Assembly (NCBI GenBank): GCA_963556905.1
Contig: CAUWAY010000003.1
Span: 920 to 64,919, forward strand
Direction: 5' to 3'
DNA from: an uncultured Clostridia bacterium
Lineage (GTDB): Bacteria > Bacillota > Clostridia > TANB77 > CAG-508
DNA length: 64,000 nucleotides
The translations under genes and the position numbers were made by a program. The notes beneath the pieces were generated by a model that worked only from the letters and a program-made list of their open reading frames with translations, ran no database searches and was not told the DNA's origin. Positions within the stretch are counted from its first letter, which is position 1; each line of letters starts with the position of its first letter. Of this stretch, positions 39,249 to 53,300 are shown piece by piece.

Positions 39249-40180
39249 CTACCTTTCTCTTTCTTTTTTATTTTTTTGTTTTATAACTTCGTCTTTATAT
39301 TCTCTAAATTTCACACCTTTATAATCTTCATAATCTAACATATATTCTTGATCTGAATATCTATTTTGAGCTATGTCTATTGCCTTATCTAGCGAATCTG
39401 CTTTTATTTTTACAACCTTTTGTAATGTTTCTTCTATTTCTATTTGATATATTTTTGCCATTTGTATTACCTCACTTTCTCTTTTCTTTTTTGCTTGTCA
39501 TACTCCATTGCCATTTTCTCTACTTTTTCTTGTACTTTATCTTCTAATAGTCCCCATATACTACCATCTGAGTGTTCCCAATAGTCATATAATTTATCTA
39601 TAATATTTTCTGTTTTTAATAATACTTTTATTTCTTGTCTACCTATCATTGAACTATCAATAATATCTCTAATCTGCTCTTTAAAATTGATTTTATAAGC
39701 CTCTTGTATTATTTCTTCTGAAGTATAATTTTTTATTAGATTTTGTTTATAATTAAATAATTCTTGATCAATTTTTTTCATTAACATATCTTTTAAATCG
39801 TCATAAATCATATAAAATTCTCCTTTCTAGTCATTATATGGTAATATATTTTTTTCCATATAACTCTTGTATGAATCTTCTGAATTATAATAATTTTTTT
39901 CTTGTGAATAATATTCATTATTGAAATCTACATATTTTTTAATTGTTTCTTTGTATATTTGTTTTATCTTTTTTTGTTCCTGAATTTCCTTATATCTTTC
40001 AAGTTCTAACTCTTTTAATTCTAATTTTAATTTTGCTAATTCATTTTTATATTTTCTTATTTCTAATTTTTTCTTTTTATATTTAATTTCAAGTTCTTCT
40101 AATTCTTTATTTTCTTTTGCAATTTGTATATTTATTTTTCTAATTTCTTCTGTTATATCTACCCTTTGCAAAATTATCAC
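39249..40180 (-). CDS. Three consecutive small hypothetical proteins (70, 114 and 117 aa; the last is coiled-coil)
   Basis: ORFs 39249-39461, 39467-39811 and 39827-40180, each with a plausible RBS. Confidence 0.4.
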
Positions 40181-40267
40181 TTCCTTTCATTTTAAGCGAA
40201 AAAAAAGAAGCTGATTTAATCAACTTCTAATCTTGTTTAATATTCAATTATCTCAATAATTTGTAGT

Positions 40268-43144
40268 TTACTTATTTAATTCTCTTTCTAAATCTTTCAT
40301 ATATCTTTTTTGTTGACTTTTTAAATAAGATTTTGCTAATAGTTTCATAATTAAACTATTTACTTCTATTTCCTCAGTAAAATCCAATTCAATATTACCA
40401 TTTGGAAGTTCATAAAAAATACCAATCCATTTACCTTTTAAATTAGCATTTTCTAACTCAAATTTATACTCTTTCAACTTTTCTTTTGCAGTAATAGTAA
40501 AATATGTAGGAAAGTTATTTTTAGTATATTCAACAAAATGTGTTTCATCGATTATTTCTATTTTGGATAGATCTGTTCTCCATTTATAATTTGAATTATC
40601 TATAATAATATTCCACAATTTATTTTTATCACAAGAAAATTGCTTTTTTATATTTGATTTAATCATATATACCTCCATAAATTACTATAAATCTCTCAAC
40701 TACAAAATTGTAATTTGTTTGTCTAATTATGCATTTTGTTTATTATTTCATCTAATTGTTTTTGTTGTTCATTAGATAATATAGCTTCACCTTTTTCTTC
40801 TGATGTAATATGGTATTCATTCTCAAATATTTCAATTCCATAAGTTATAAAGCCTTCTTTTTCTTCACTATTATACTTAATGAAATAGGTTGGAATTCCA
40901 TCACAGGTTTCTTTGGAAAAAGTCAAATTATCTATAATACTGAAAATTGTATATATTTCTTCTTGGTTTAAAGTATATTTTTTTGGTGGTGTTACGGAAC
41001 TTAAACCTGTTTCTTGAATATCTATTGTAGTAACTTTATTGTTAATTTCATTTTCTTGCTTTTCAACATCATCTCTTAAAAGTTGAACCTTTACAACTTC
41101 TTGCAAAGGCGTTGGACTAATGTCATTAATTGTTTCATCAGTAAATGTAATTGATATATCATCTCCTTCTTTTAAGTCTGAAATATTGATTTTCTTTCCT
41201 CTCCAAGTCATATCAATACTATTATCTACTTTAAATGTATAATTCCCCCTATAATTTATATCATTTACTTCTAAACCTTTTACATTAAGATGAAAACTAT
41301 CATCATTATATTGTTTTATGCTTTCTATATTAGCATAAAATGTTTGACCATATACTACTTTACTAATTGCTAAATCATCGTTCACTACATTCATTTTTCC
41401 TATAAATAAGCCAACTGTAAAACTTACCACAATAATTATTATCATTCCTATTATAATAAAAACTTTTTGTTTTCCACTCATATTTTTCCTCTCTTTCTAA
41501 TTTATAACTATAAATTACCATATCTATATATTGTAATTTCTTATTATCATTTTAAGCCCACATATATAATTGACAAATTTTATATGCTAATAAAATATTT
41601 AACACTAATATAGTTAAAACATATATAATTTTTAATTTTTTGCTTTCAATCTTTTTTGATAAAAATAAACCTAAAATAGTAATAGAAACAGCTAATAAAT
41701 TGTATACAATTAATCTCAAATCATTTGCATTAAAGTCTATGTTAAACATATTAGTTTGAGCAGAAGGCACACATCCACATCCAAATATTTTGACAAAGAT
41801 TTTTTGGTCTAATATGTTATAAATAGGTGTAAGAAAAATCATAAGTAAGTAAGGTAATGATAATATAACTTTTTTGTTCTTTAAATATATAACTATCCAT
41901 ACTACTAATATAATTAACAATATAATATCCCAAATCATATTTTATTTCCTCCTAAAATATAAATCACTAATTGTTTTCTACTCATATACTATAATTTTCT
42001 ATTCCTTTACTAATTTATCAATGACAAAATAAGCAATAACCATAATTAAAGACATTACTAATCCTATATAAAACTCTGGAAAAGCAAGATTAAAACTTTT
42101 TTGTATGCTCATTTCTCCTGTAATAGTTAATATATGCCAAGTTAAAAACTGATAAATCTCTGAAACAACAATACCAATTACACCTGTAATGCTTAATACT
42201 CTATTTATTGTAGAATTTTTAAAAGATATCCATACCCCCATAATAAACAATAAAACAGATATAATACCAATTGGATTAAGTAAATTGCCTAATCCAGATA
42301 TTTCTTGAACACCTTTTGCACCTCCATATTGTTTTAACAACATTGGTAATAGACTAACAATAAATGCACTAGATAATATAATTTTCTTTTTCATAAAACA
42401 CATCTCCTCTACAATTTACTATTCGTTTAAATGATTATATCATAAAACATTATAAAACAATATAGAAGATATCAAATTTTAATATCTTCTATAAAATACA
42501 AATTATAATAATCTCATCTGTTTTAGAAAAATTATCATTTCTCTAGCACCTAATTTAAAATTTTCTTTCATTTCAATAGTGTCAATATCATCTTCTACTT
42601 CTAAAATGTCTAAAACTGCGTTTAGTTCAACATCTGTTAATTCTACTGCCTCTTTATCTTCCATAAATGTTCGAACATTTGGATTAGCAACTTTTATTTT
42701 TTCTATTCTTTCTGTTAGTTTTTTATATTCTGTATTTCCTTTTAAAATTTTCATTCTATTTTTTTCTAAATAATCCATAAAGTCATCAGAATATTCATCA
42801 AAAAAAGCTGTTTCTATTCTTATATTTTCATTTTTGTCTTCTGTTTGTAATATTTTTTTCATTTCAACACAGTCATAAACTCCTAACTTATAATACATCT
42901 TGTTCCAAAATTCATTTTCATTTACAACTTCTAATTCATATTTATTTAGTAATTCTAATATTTCTTCTTGTAATTTCTTATTAGAAATAGCTTGTTTAAT
43001 TTTTTTCGTTAAATTTTCCTCAATATCTAATGAACTTAACTCTTTATTCTGCTTTGCCATTTCTTTCAAAATATTATCTTCAAATTCATCTCCTCTCATT
43101 TCATATAATTCGTCTAAAATATTTTGTTTTAAAAATTTTTCCAT
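40268..43144 (-). CDS. Cargo block of five hypothetical proteins, three of them membrane proteins
   Basis: ORFs 40268-40678 (136 aa), 40723-41481 (252 aa, membrane-anchored), 41552-41938 (128 aa, 4 TM), 41999-42403 (134 aa, 4 TM), and 42503-43144 (213 aa, acidic). Confidence 0.4.
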
Positions 43145-43241
43145 AATATAATTACCTCCTATGGGTTATATATTATGTTAAGTTTATATATAAAGGAAAT
43201 GTACTATTTTAATAAATTTTGTTATTTTATAGTATTGACTT

Positions 43242-46200
43242 TTACCTTACATATTCTCTTTTCTCCCTTTTTGAATATTCCTCTATTTCATCATTTTCTT
43301 CATCAACAATATCTATAACTTCTCTTTCTTTTGTTTCTCCTATTTTTAATAATTTGTTTACTTCTTTTAGTCTTGCTAAACTTTCTTGTAATTCTTGTTC
43401 ATGTCCAAATGGAATTTCTAATGTTTCCTGTGCATTCTTACATTGTAATTCTAAATTTTGTAGCTTTTGAATATTATTTTCTATCATTTTTTCTATTGAT
43501 TCTAATGTGTTATTTATACGAGTTATTACTCCAACCTTATCACTTCCAAGAGTTGTCCTATAAGTCTGTATATTTTTTAATGCTACTTGAAATACTTTCT
43601 CAAATGTATTGAACTCCAAATACATTTTAAACCCTCTGTAATCTCCTATATGAATTCCTTTTGTATCATTAATCTTTTTACACATTTCTAATATTTTCTC
43701 TCCTGCTTTTGCTCTTTCATTATAAATTTGATTATCTATTTTCATTGGAGAAAAGTTATCTGCATTTAAAGTTGTATTATCTTTTAGATATTGATTGTCT
43801 TGTTTTAAATTTTCTATTGTTTCTTTACATTCTTTTATTTGTTGAGGGTATTTTCTTTGTATCATTTCTTCTAAATCATATTTTTGACTTAAATAACTTT
43901 GTTTTAGCATTTTTAATTTTGTTGTTTTTGCCTCTAATTCAGTTTTTTCTTTAATATATTCATTACCTGTCGCAAGTGCTTTTATTTCAGCATAGTCTAG
44001 TGCTCTTTCATCTATATCTTCCATACTTCTAATAGGAGTTTTTGAAGTCATTATTTGGCTAGTAAATTCTTGTTTTTGTTGTATTAGCTGATACATATAT
44101 GCGTCAAAAGTCCTTTGCGTTACATAATTATATATATGTACCAATTTATTTTTATTTCCTTTTCTAACCATTCTTCCAATTCTTTGTATAAGATTTGCAC
44201 TTGTCCACGGACAATCTAAATTATGAAGTGCTATAATTTTATTTTGTATATTTGTTCCTGCTCCCATTTTTAATGTGCTACCCATTAAAATTCTTATTTC
44301 TCCATTACGCACTTTATCAAACATCTCCTCTTTTTTAACCTCTGATGTAGCCTCGTGAATAAAAGCAATTTCATTTTCTGGTATCCCTTTTTCAATTAAT
44401 TTTCTTTTCATATCTGTATATACATCTGTAAATTGTCTTTCTTTGCACTTCCATATACCATTTATTTGTTCCATTTCATAAGGGTTATCCATACTTCCTA
44501 ATGCTTTTGGCGTAGATAAATCACAAAATACTAACTGTGTAGAACTTTTTTCTTTTGTGCTTTCCCATATATTATAGATATTCTCAACACATTTATTTAC
44601 TTTGCTATTTTCATCATCTGGTAGCTGATTATTTATAAGTCTTTGATCTAAAGCTAGTTTTCTTCCCTCATTTGTAATTGCTAACATATTATCTTCCCAG
44701 ACATTAACTAAACCTGCTCTAATTCTTTCTGCTCTTTCTCCTAGCTCTGCTACCATATCTTTTTGTATTTGTGTTGCGTCTACTGCTATATTATGCTTTT
44801 CAACTTCTGGTGTTGGTAACTTTAAATTTTCTGCTGTTTGAATATCTGCAATTTCACGAAACATTGTCATTAGTTCTGGTATATTATGAAATCTTGAAAA
44901 CCTAGTCTTTACTTTAAACTTATCTCCGTTCCGGTGCAAGTTCTATTGCTGTTACTGTTTCTCCAAATGTACTTGCCCACGAATCAAAATGTTGTAAATG
45001 ATTTTTAACTAATGTATTATATTGCAAATATCGTTGCATTGTGTAAAGTTCTGTCATACTATTTGAAAGTGGTGTACCAGTAGCAAATATAATGCCTTTT
45101 CCACCGTGTAATTTCATCTATATATTGACATTTCATGAACATATCGGAACTTTTTTGTGCATCCCCACTTTGGACTCCTGCAATTCTTTTCATTTTGCTT
45201 TGTAGAAATAAATTCTTATAGTAATGTGCCTCATCTACAAACAATCTATCAACTCCGTAATTGTTCAAATGTAATTACATCATCTTTTCTATCTGTATTA
45301 TTTAACTTTTCAAGTTTTGTTTCTAATGCTTTTCTTGTCTTTTCTAATTCTCTTATTGTAAATTTTTCTCCATTTAATTCTTTCATTTCTTCTATACCAT
45401 CTATTATTTCTTCTATTTGTTTCTCTAAAAAATACCTCTGCCTTTCTAATGACATAGGTATTTTTTCAAACTGACTGTGTCCTATTATAATAGCATCGAA
45501 ATCTCCTGTTGCTATTTTTGAACAAAATTTTTTTCTATTATTTTTTGAAAACTCTTTTTTTGTTGTTACTAAAATATTGGCAGATGGATATAATTGTAAA
45601 AATTCATTAGAAAACTGTTCTACTATATGATTTGGTACTACAAAAAGACTTTTATTACATAATCCTAATCTTTTGCTTTCCATTGCTGAAGCAACCATTT
45701 CAAATGTTTTTCCTGCACCAACTGAATGTGCTAATAAAGTGTTTCCATTATATAATACCCTTGCAACTGCATTAGCTTGATGTTCCATCAATTTCATCTC
45801 TGGATTCATTCCATAAAATTTCAAATAACTTCCATCATATTGTCTATTTCTTACACTATTAAATTTTTCATTATATAGTTTTACTAGCTTTTCTCTCCTG
45901 TCTGGATCTTTAAAGATCCATTCTTCAAACTTTACTTTAATTTCATCTTGTTTAGCTTGTGCTATTGCTGTTTGTTGTTTATCTATAACACTTTTTTCAT
46001 CCTCAGTTCCCTCATTAATTTTTTTATATATTTTTACATCATTTAAATTTAAAGTAGTTTCAATTATTTTATATGCACTTGCTTTTTTTACTCCATAGGT
46101 TTTTGTAGCCTTAACTCCTTTATCTAGTGATTTCTCCGTAATATTCCAACTACCTGTATATTCAGAATAATGTACTTTTATCTTTTTTTTGTTCCAATAA

Positions 46201-49200
46201 TCTGTATCCAATAACTCATATACAAACTGCTCAATATATTCTTCTGGTATCCAAGTTGCACCAAGTCTTACTGATATTTCACTCGCTTTTATATCTTCTG
46301 GAATTACTTTTTCAAGTTCTCTTACATTTATTTCAAATTCTGGATTTCCCTCTGCAACTCTTTTAGCAATAACAAGTTTTTCTCTTACATTTCCAGAAAG
46401 ATACTCATCTGCTGTTACATATTTTCTTTCTTCAGCTAGTGTATTTGGTATTATAAATATTTGTCCTTCCAATTCATTTACTAATTCATCTTCTGTTTTG
46501 TCTGTGAGCGATTTCATATATTCAATATCAACTTTTGCTTTTTCTGAAAGAGATAATATAAGTGCTTCGTTTGCTGTATCTACTTTTGTTATTTCTTTTT
46601 TAGCTTTTATAGTTTTCTTCGTGAATATATCTGCTTTTCTATCAAAATTTCCCTTTGAATCTAATATTTCTAATGAGCATAAAAGATAATAACTACTATC
46701 TTCGGAAAATGCTTGATTATTTCCTCTGTTGTTAATTCTTCCATATTTTTTAACGAATTTATCATATAATTGGTTTAATCTTTCTTGTTCTGACTTTATT
46801 TCACTATCACTACTATCATCAACTTGTAGTTCTATTAGCTTTCTTGTACAATCTCGTATTTCTACCATACCCTTTATACGGTTTATTGTTGTTTCTGGCA
46901 AATCTTGTTCAAACATTCTACTGTTTTCTCTATAATATACTTTACCATCAATAATAGTATATGAATAATTCTTTACTGCCGGATCTGCTGGTATAGAATT
47001 GTCTTCGTTTTCTATTAGTTCATCCAAATCCAATTCTTCTATCTCTGTTTCTATATTTGAAATAGCATTAGATAACATATAATCTAAATCGCTACCCTCT
47101 ATCATTTTACAAGCCGAACTTTCTCCAAATCTAGTACTTTCCATTACCATTTGTCCCATAATCATTTGTGGATTATCTGCAAAATATTTATTCATTCTTA
47201 TTCCACTTTCAGCTGTATCAATATTTACCCAGTCTTCCTCTATGTCTGTAATTTTATCTCTTTTCTTTAAAAAGATAATATCTGATGTTACTTCTGTTCC
47301 TGCATTTCCTTTAAATGTATTATCTGGTAATCTTATTGCTCCTATTAATTCAGCTCTCTGTGATAGATATTTCCTAACACTATTATTTTCTTTGTCCATT
47401 GTTCCCTTAGAAGTTATAAATGCAACTATTCCTCCTGGTCTAATTTTATCTAAACTTTTTGCAAAGAAATAGTCGTGTATTAAGAATTTGTTTTTATCAT
47501 ATCTCCTATCATTTAGCTTAAATTCTCCAAACGGAACATTACCGAATTGCAATGTCAAAAAAATTATCTGGTATATTTGTTTTTTCAAATCCTTGTACAG
47601 CAATGGTAGACTTTTGATACAACTGTTGTGCAATTCTTCCAGAAATACTATCTAATTCAATTCCATACATTTTGCAATTTTCTAGTTCTTCTGGTAGCAT
47701 TCCTAAGAAGTTACCTACACCGGCAAGATGGTTCTAAAATATTCCCTTGTTTTAGTCCCATATTTTGTAATGCTTTATATATATTTCTTATAACTACTGG
47801 GGGTGTATAATATGCTGTTAAACTTGACTGTCTAGCATTTTTATATTCTTCTTCAGTAAGTAATTCTTTTAATTCCACATATTCGTTCGACCAGTTATCG
47901 TTTTGTTCTTCAAATACTGATTTTAAACCACCCCAACCAACATATTTTGAAAGTATCTTTTGTTCTTCTGGTGTTGCATATCTATTTTGTTTTTCACATA
48001 ATTTTAATAATCTTATGGCTTCTACATTATTTTTATATTTTTCTTTTACTGTTCCTATACCTAAATTATCATCTGTAATTTTAAAGTTGTTTCTTTCTTC
48101 AGTAGGTATTTCAGGATGTAAATCAAAATATTCAATATTTCTATTCTTTTTAATTAATTTTTCTGCAATAATTTCTTGTTCTTTTGTTACTTCTATTTGT
48201 TTCTCTGTTTTTTCTTCTTTTGAATTTTCTAGTTGTTTTTCATGATTTTCTACTAATGCTCGTGCTAAATGTCTAAAATAATCTACTACATCTCCATTGT
48301 GAAAGTCTATTTTGACTATCATATCTTTTATTCCTGCTTGTTCTTCTGGTGTTGTAGCTTTTATATTTTCAATAATATTTCCAATTTCAAAATAATGTGT
48401 ATTAATTTCTGTTTTTATTTCAATAATTTGTTCTAAATCAATTTCTTTTTCTTTAATAAATGTATTTAACCATTTATTAAAAGCACTTTCTACTTTTTCT
48501 TCTACTTCTGGTTTTTCTCTATCTTTTAAGTAATCATTCATAGGATTTTCAGATATTTTTTCTAATATATCTTTTATAGCTATTGTCCTTTGATCCAATG
48601 GAAATTGATTATCATACATTGTTATTGTTTGATCATCTATATTTAAAATTGTAAATTCTTGAAAACCTATATAGATAATATCTCCTATCATAAATATATA
48701 GTCATTTTTATTATCTTCTGCATTTGTTATTTTTCCATCAAAAAAAGAAGTATTGCCTACTTCCTTTTGATTATCTTGTTCTTCTAATTGTAAATTAGTT
48801 CCCTTATTGCTATCTGTTCTGCTGTTGCTCGAATATTGTTCATTCTGCCAATCCATTCCATCTGATTTATAGCTTTCATTTCTTCTGTTATATTCTCTTG
48901 TTTCTTCATCTGCTCCACTATTTGTTCTATTCTGTTTATTACTGTCATTTCTATCTGTTGTAGGTGCTGTGTTAATTTGTTGCTCGCTACTAACATTGTA
49001 TAAGTTCCTCTCTTGTTCTCTTTTAGGTATTTCAATCTCATTTTGGCGAACTTGCCTAGATTCACTTTCTTGTTTGTTTTCTCTATCGTTAAGTCTGGTA
49101 TTAGATAATTCCCTTTTTGTGTGTAAGTTAGATTCATTCTCAACACTTCCTTTCTCATTTTCTTTATTATAAATACTTTGTTTTACTTTCTCAAATGTAT

Positions 49201-49981
49201 GATTTTTCTTTTTTTCTTGTTTTTGTACATTTATTACTGTTTTTGAAATTTCTAATAATATTTCTTTTGAAAAATCCCTAGTTGCTGTTCCAAGTATTGA
49301 CATTGTTTCAAAAGTATTAAATTTTTCTATTCCAGAAAAATTTCCTTTTGAAATATACTCATTAACATCTAACCCACATCTTGACATTATTAAACCTATC
49401 GTACTATATAATAATATTTCTAAAAAAGCACTTTCTAATTGTTCATCATCTAATTCTTCTAGTTTACTACCTGTTGTTATATCTTTTAATTCTTCTAAAT
49501 AGTCTTGCATATTATCTACTACACGATTATATACAGTTGATATTATTGCAAGTGGCAAACTACTTTTGTCTTCCATTTTTCCAAATTTATCTTCTAATGC
49601 CTCTATAATATCATTTGTATATTTTTCTTCTGCTTGCCATAGTTTAAATTTTCTGCCATAAACATCACTATTAGTATCTGATACATCAAAAACAAATCGT
49701 AAACCTAATTCTCCATCTTTCTCTGTTATTAAAGCAATTCCTTTTGATCCTTTATTAATCCACCTTTTTAGCTTTTTATTCCATATTGTTGTTTCTGCAC
49801 AGGCTACTGCATCTGTTTTTTGTGCATATATTAATATCTGTTCATCAAATCTATATTTATAATTAAAACTTGCTCTTTTTAAAAATGAAATCCAGTTGTC
49901 TGCGTTTTTTCCTACATCTAGTGTTGTTTCAAAATATAATTCTGTTATTTGTTTTTCTTTTCTAGTTAGTTCTTTTGCCAA
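43242..49981 (-). pseudogene. Giant (about 2240-aa) N6-adenine methyltransferase / SNF2-family helicase fusion protein with at least 5 frameshifts
   Basis: MTase motif I EPSC|GVGNFLG and motif IV GNVPFG lie in different frames around 47548 and 47707. The helicase ATP-binding motif is LAHSVGAGKT. The DEAH box, FVDEAHYYKN, is in the 45059-45268 fragment. TGTPLSNS is in the 44920-45117 fragment. The helicase C-domain, QRIGRMVRKGN, is in 43242-44939. Confidence 0.75.
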
Positions 49982-50019
49982 TAGTTACCCTCCTCTCGTT
50001 TTTAATCTTTTATTATTTA

Positions 50020-50238
50020 TTATTTTATTTCTTCGCCTAAAAATAAAAATAATGCCTTTTTATTCTTTCTTATAGCTTTTCTCAAACTAATTAAAGTCTT
50101 TATATCTGTTATTGTATAATTAGGCATTTTTTCTAAATCTTCAAATTGCATATTTAATATCGCTTTTTCTGTATTTATTCCTATTTCGGCTAGTCTATCT
50201 ATCATCTTCTGTATTTGAGCTATATTGTACTTTGCCAT
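50020..50238 (-). CDS. Hypothetical small protein
   Basis: 72-aa ORF. Confidence 0.35.
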   Translation of the reverse strand: MAKYNIAQIQKMIDRLAEIGINTEKAILNMQFEDLEKMPNYTITDIKTLISLRKAIRKNKKALFLFLGEEIK

Positions 50239-50304
50239 TTTTCACTCCTTTTTAAACAAAAATGGTGGCTACTTATTGGCCACCATTTTGCTTATTTAAT
50301 TTTT

Positions 50305-53300
50305 TTATTTATTTTTTAACTTTGTAACTACTAATATTACAAGTCCTATTAGTGAAATAACAAAAATCATTAATGCTAATAGTATATTTCTTGTATCTCC
50401 AGTTTTTGGAGTTTCTATTTTTTGATTTTCAAATTCAAAACTATATATTGAATTATCTTCTTTAATTTCTATACCGTCTACAAAAACTCCCTTATCATTT
50501 ATTTCTACTTTTGCTATTCTATTTGATAATTCATACCCATTTGGTGCTTTAATTTCTTTTATATAAAATGTGCCATAGCGTAAATCTTCAAAAGTAACGA
50601 ATCCGTCCTCTTTATTTGCTTTTATTTTCTTAATTAGTTTAGTGCATTCATTATCTTCATAAATTCCAAAAGTGAATTTTTCTTTAATTATTTCTTTTGT
50701 TTGACTATCTACTTTTACTACTTTAATGTCTTTTAATATTGGCATATCTTTCATTCCAATTCTTTGTGTTTCTTTCTCATTTGTAACAGTAAATTCAATG
50801 TCTTCTGTTAATTCATAACCATAAGGTGCTGTTATTTCTTTTAATATATAGGTTTTATTTTCTTCAAGTCCTGTTACTATGTGTGGCTCTTTTCCAGAAA
50901 TCCATTTTTCTATTGTTTTTCCTGTTTCTTTATCAATAATTTCTAGTTCTGCCCCCTCTAATTTTTCTCCTGTTATAATGTCTGTTTTCACTATTTCTAC
51001 TATCTTATCTACCATTTCAATTCTTTGTGTTTCTTTCTCATTTGTAACAGTAAATTCAATGTCTGTTGCTTTTACATAGCCATCTATTGCAATTTCTTCG
51101 TGAAGTATATAAGTTTCTCCCTCTACTAATCCATTTACTTTATGAGGCTCTTTTGTAGATACCCATTTGTCTACAATATTCTTTGTTTTTGCATTTGTAA
51201 CAACTAAAGTTGCCCCCTCTAATCCTTCGCCTGCAATATTTACTTTTGATATTTCTACTACTTTATCTATCATTTTTATTTCTTGTGTTTCTTTTTCTTC
51301 GGTTACTGTAAATTCAATTTTGTTTGAAATAACAAATCCATTTGGAGCATAATCTTCATAAAGTGTATAAGTTTCTCCCTCAATTAGTCCTTTAATTTTG
51401 TGAGCTTCTTTTGTAGATATCCAACTATCTACTACATTTCCGTCCTTATCTACTACTTTTAATTCTGCTCCCTCTATTTCTTTTCCTGCAATATCTTCTT
51501 TTGTCATTATTACTAATTTATCTATCATAGTAACCTTTTGAATATCTGCTGTATTTTCTACCGTAAATTTTATTGAAGTTGCTTTTACATAGTTCTCTGG
51601 TGCAATTTCTTCTGTTAGTGTATAAGTTTTTCCTACCTTTAATCCCTCAATTTTATGAGTTTTTTCAGTAGATACCCAACTATCTATAACTTCGTTATTT
51701 TCATCTGTAACAGTTAGTTTTGCACCAACCAACTCCTTTTCTCCTGTTATATCTGTTTTACTAATTTCTATTGATGTTGTTTTATTTTCAATATTTTTTT
51801 CCACTATATATTCTTTGGTTATAGTATCTTTTTGTTCAAATATAATTTTGTGTTCTGTTTCATCTAATACAGCTCCCTCTATTGTTGTTAGTTCTTTTAA
51901 ATGATATTTTCCCATTGGTAAATTTGAAACTGTTAATGTTCCATCGATTTTTAGATTATATTTTCCTACTACTTTTCCTTTTTCATATATGGTTGATCCA
52001 TCAGCATAATCAATTATATTTTCATCTGCCACTAATTCAAAAGATATTTTTGTAAAATCAATATCTTTTATCATTGTTTTGTCTATATCTTCTCTTAATG
52101 CTATTTTTTTATTTAATTTTAATGTTCCTGTTGGTTGTTCATTTTGGGCTGTTACTGTAATCCAAGCGTCATAATCTTTATCATAGTTTAGTGTAGAGTT
52201 TCTTTTATCTACTTTAAAAGTTAGTTCTTTATCTAATTGTAGAAAGCCTGTTGGAATTTTTATTTCAGCTAGTTTATAATTCCCTGCTTCTAATTTTGTT
52301 TCCGTTTTTGCAATTCCCTCATTATTTGTTGTCCAAGATTTATGATATTTATCTCCTACTTTACACTCAACTTGTTCCCATTTCTTTGTATTTTCATTTT
52401 GTCTATATAATTCAAAAGTAGCATTAGAATAAGTTACAAATTTTCCTGTCTTTTTATCTTGTTTTTGTAATTTTATATATGCCTCAAATGGTAAATCATT
52501 TGCTACAATTTCTTTTATCGGTGTTTTGCTATCTTTATCTATTGTTACATAGAATTGTTCTACTGTTTCTATATCTGGAGATGGAGTATAAGTTTCATTT
52601 ACTGTATATTCTCCATAAGCTAAAAGTCCAGAAATTCCATGTCCATCTGCACCTGTTCTAAAAATTGAATATTCATCTTTTGCAAATTCGTTTAAATGTT
52701 TCTTTGCCTCATCAAAGCTTCCATAGAAATCTACATATTTTGTTAGTATTGCAGTAAATTCTGCATTTTCAACTATTTCTGCTGTTGTATTATTATTTGT
52801 ACTAATTTTTATTACTTCAAATGGTGCTTTTTGTACTGTATTTTTTACAATTCCACTTGTTTTAATAACTTTTGTATTACTATCTTTGTACGAAAGCGTG
52901 TAAGTATAAGTATTTGTGTCCTTTGTATAACCTTTTGGTACAACAGTTTCCTTTGAATAAAAATTGCCCATTGGAAGACCTATTAATTTACTTCCTTTTA
53001 CACTTATTTGTGCAGGTGTAGTATTATTTGTAATTTTAACACTTGCTACCCCTTTTCCATTAAACGTAAATTTTGCTATTTCTTCATCTTTTGAAAAATA
53101 TTTTATTGTACCTTTTTTATTGTAAATATCTTCACTTGCGTATAAAGTATATTCAGCTCCCTTTATACTTGCGTCTCCGTGATAGCTTGTTCCATCAACT
53201 CTATTTTTGTTTCCTGTTTCAATATCTATTTTTGTAATTTCTATTTCTCCTGTTGGCTCATCATTAACGATAGCTTGCGTTGCTGTTTGATTAGGTTTCA

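Noticed and set aside
50500-51800. Tandem direct repeats of about 213 bp as a possible CRISPR-like or minisatellite array
   Set aside because: They are in-frame coding repeats of the adhesin (Cna-B-like domains). They have no spacer-repeat architecture and no cas genes.
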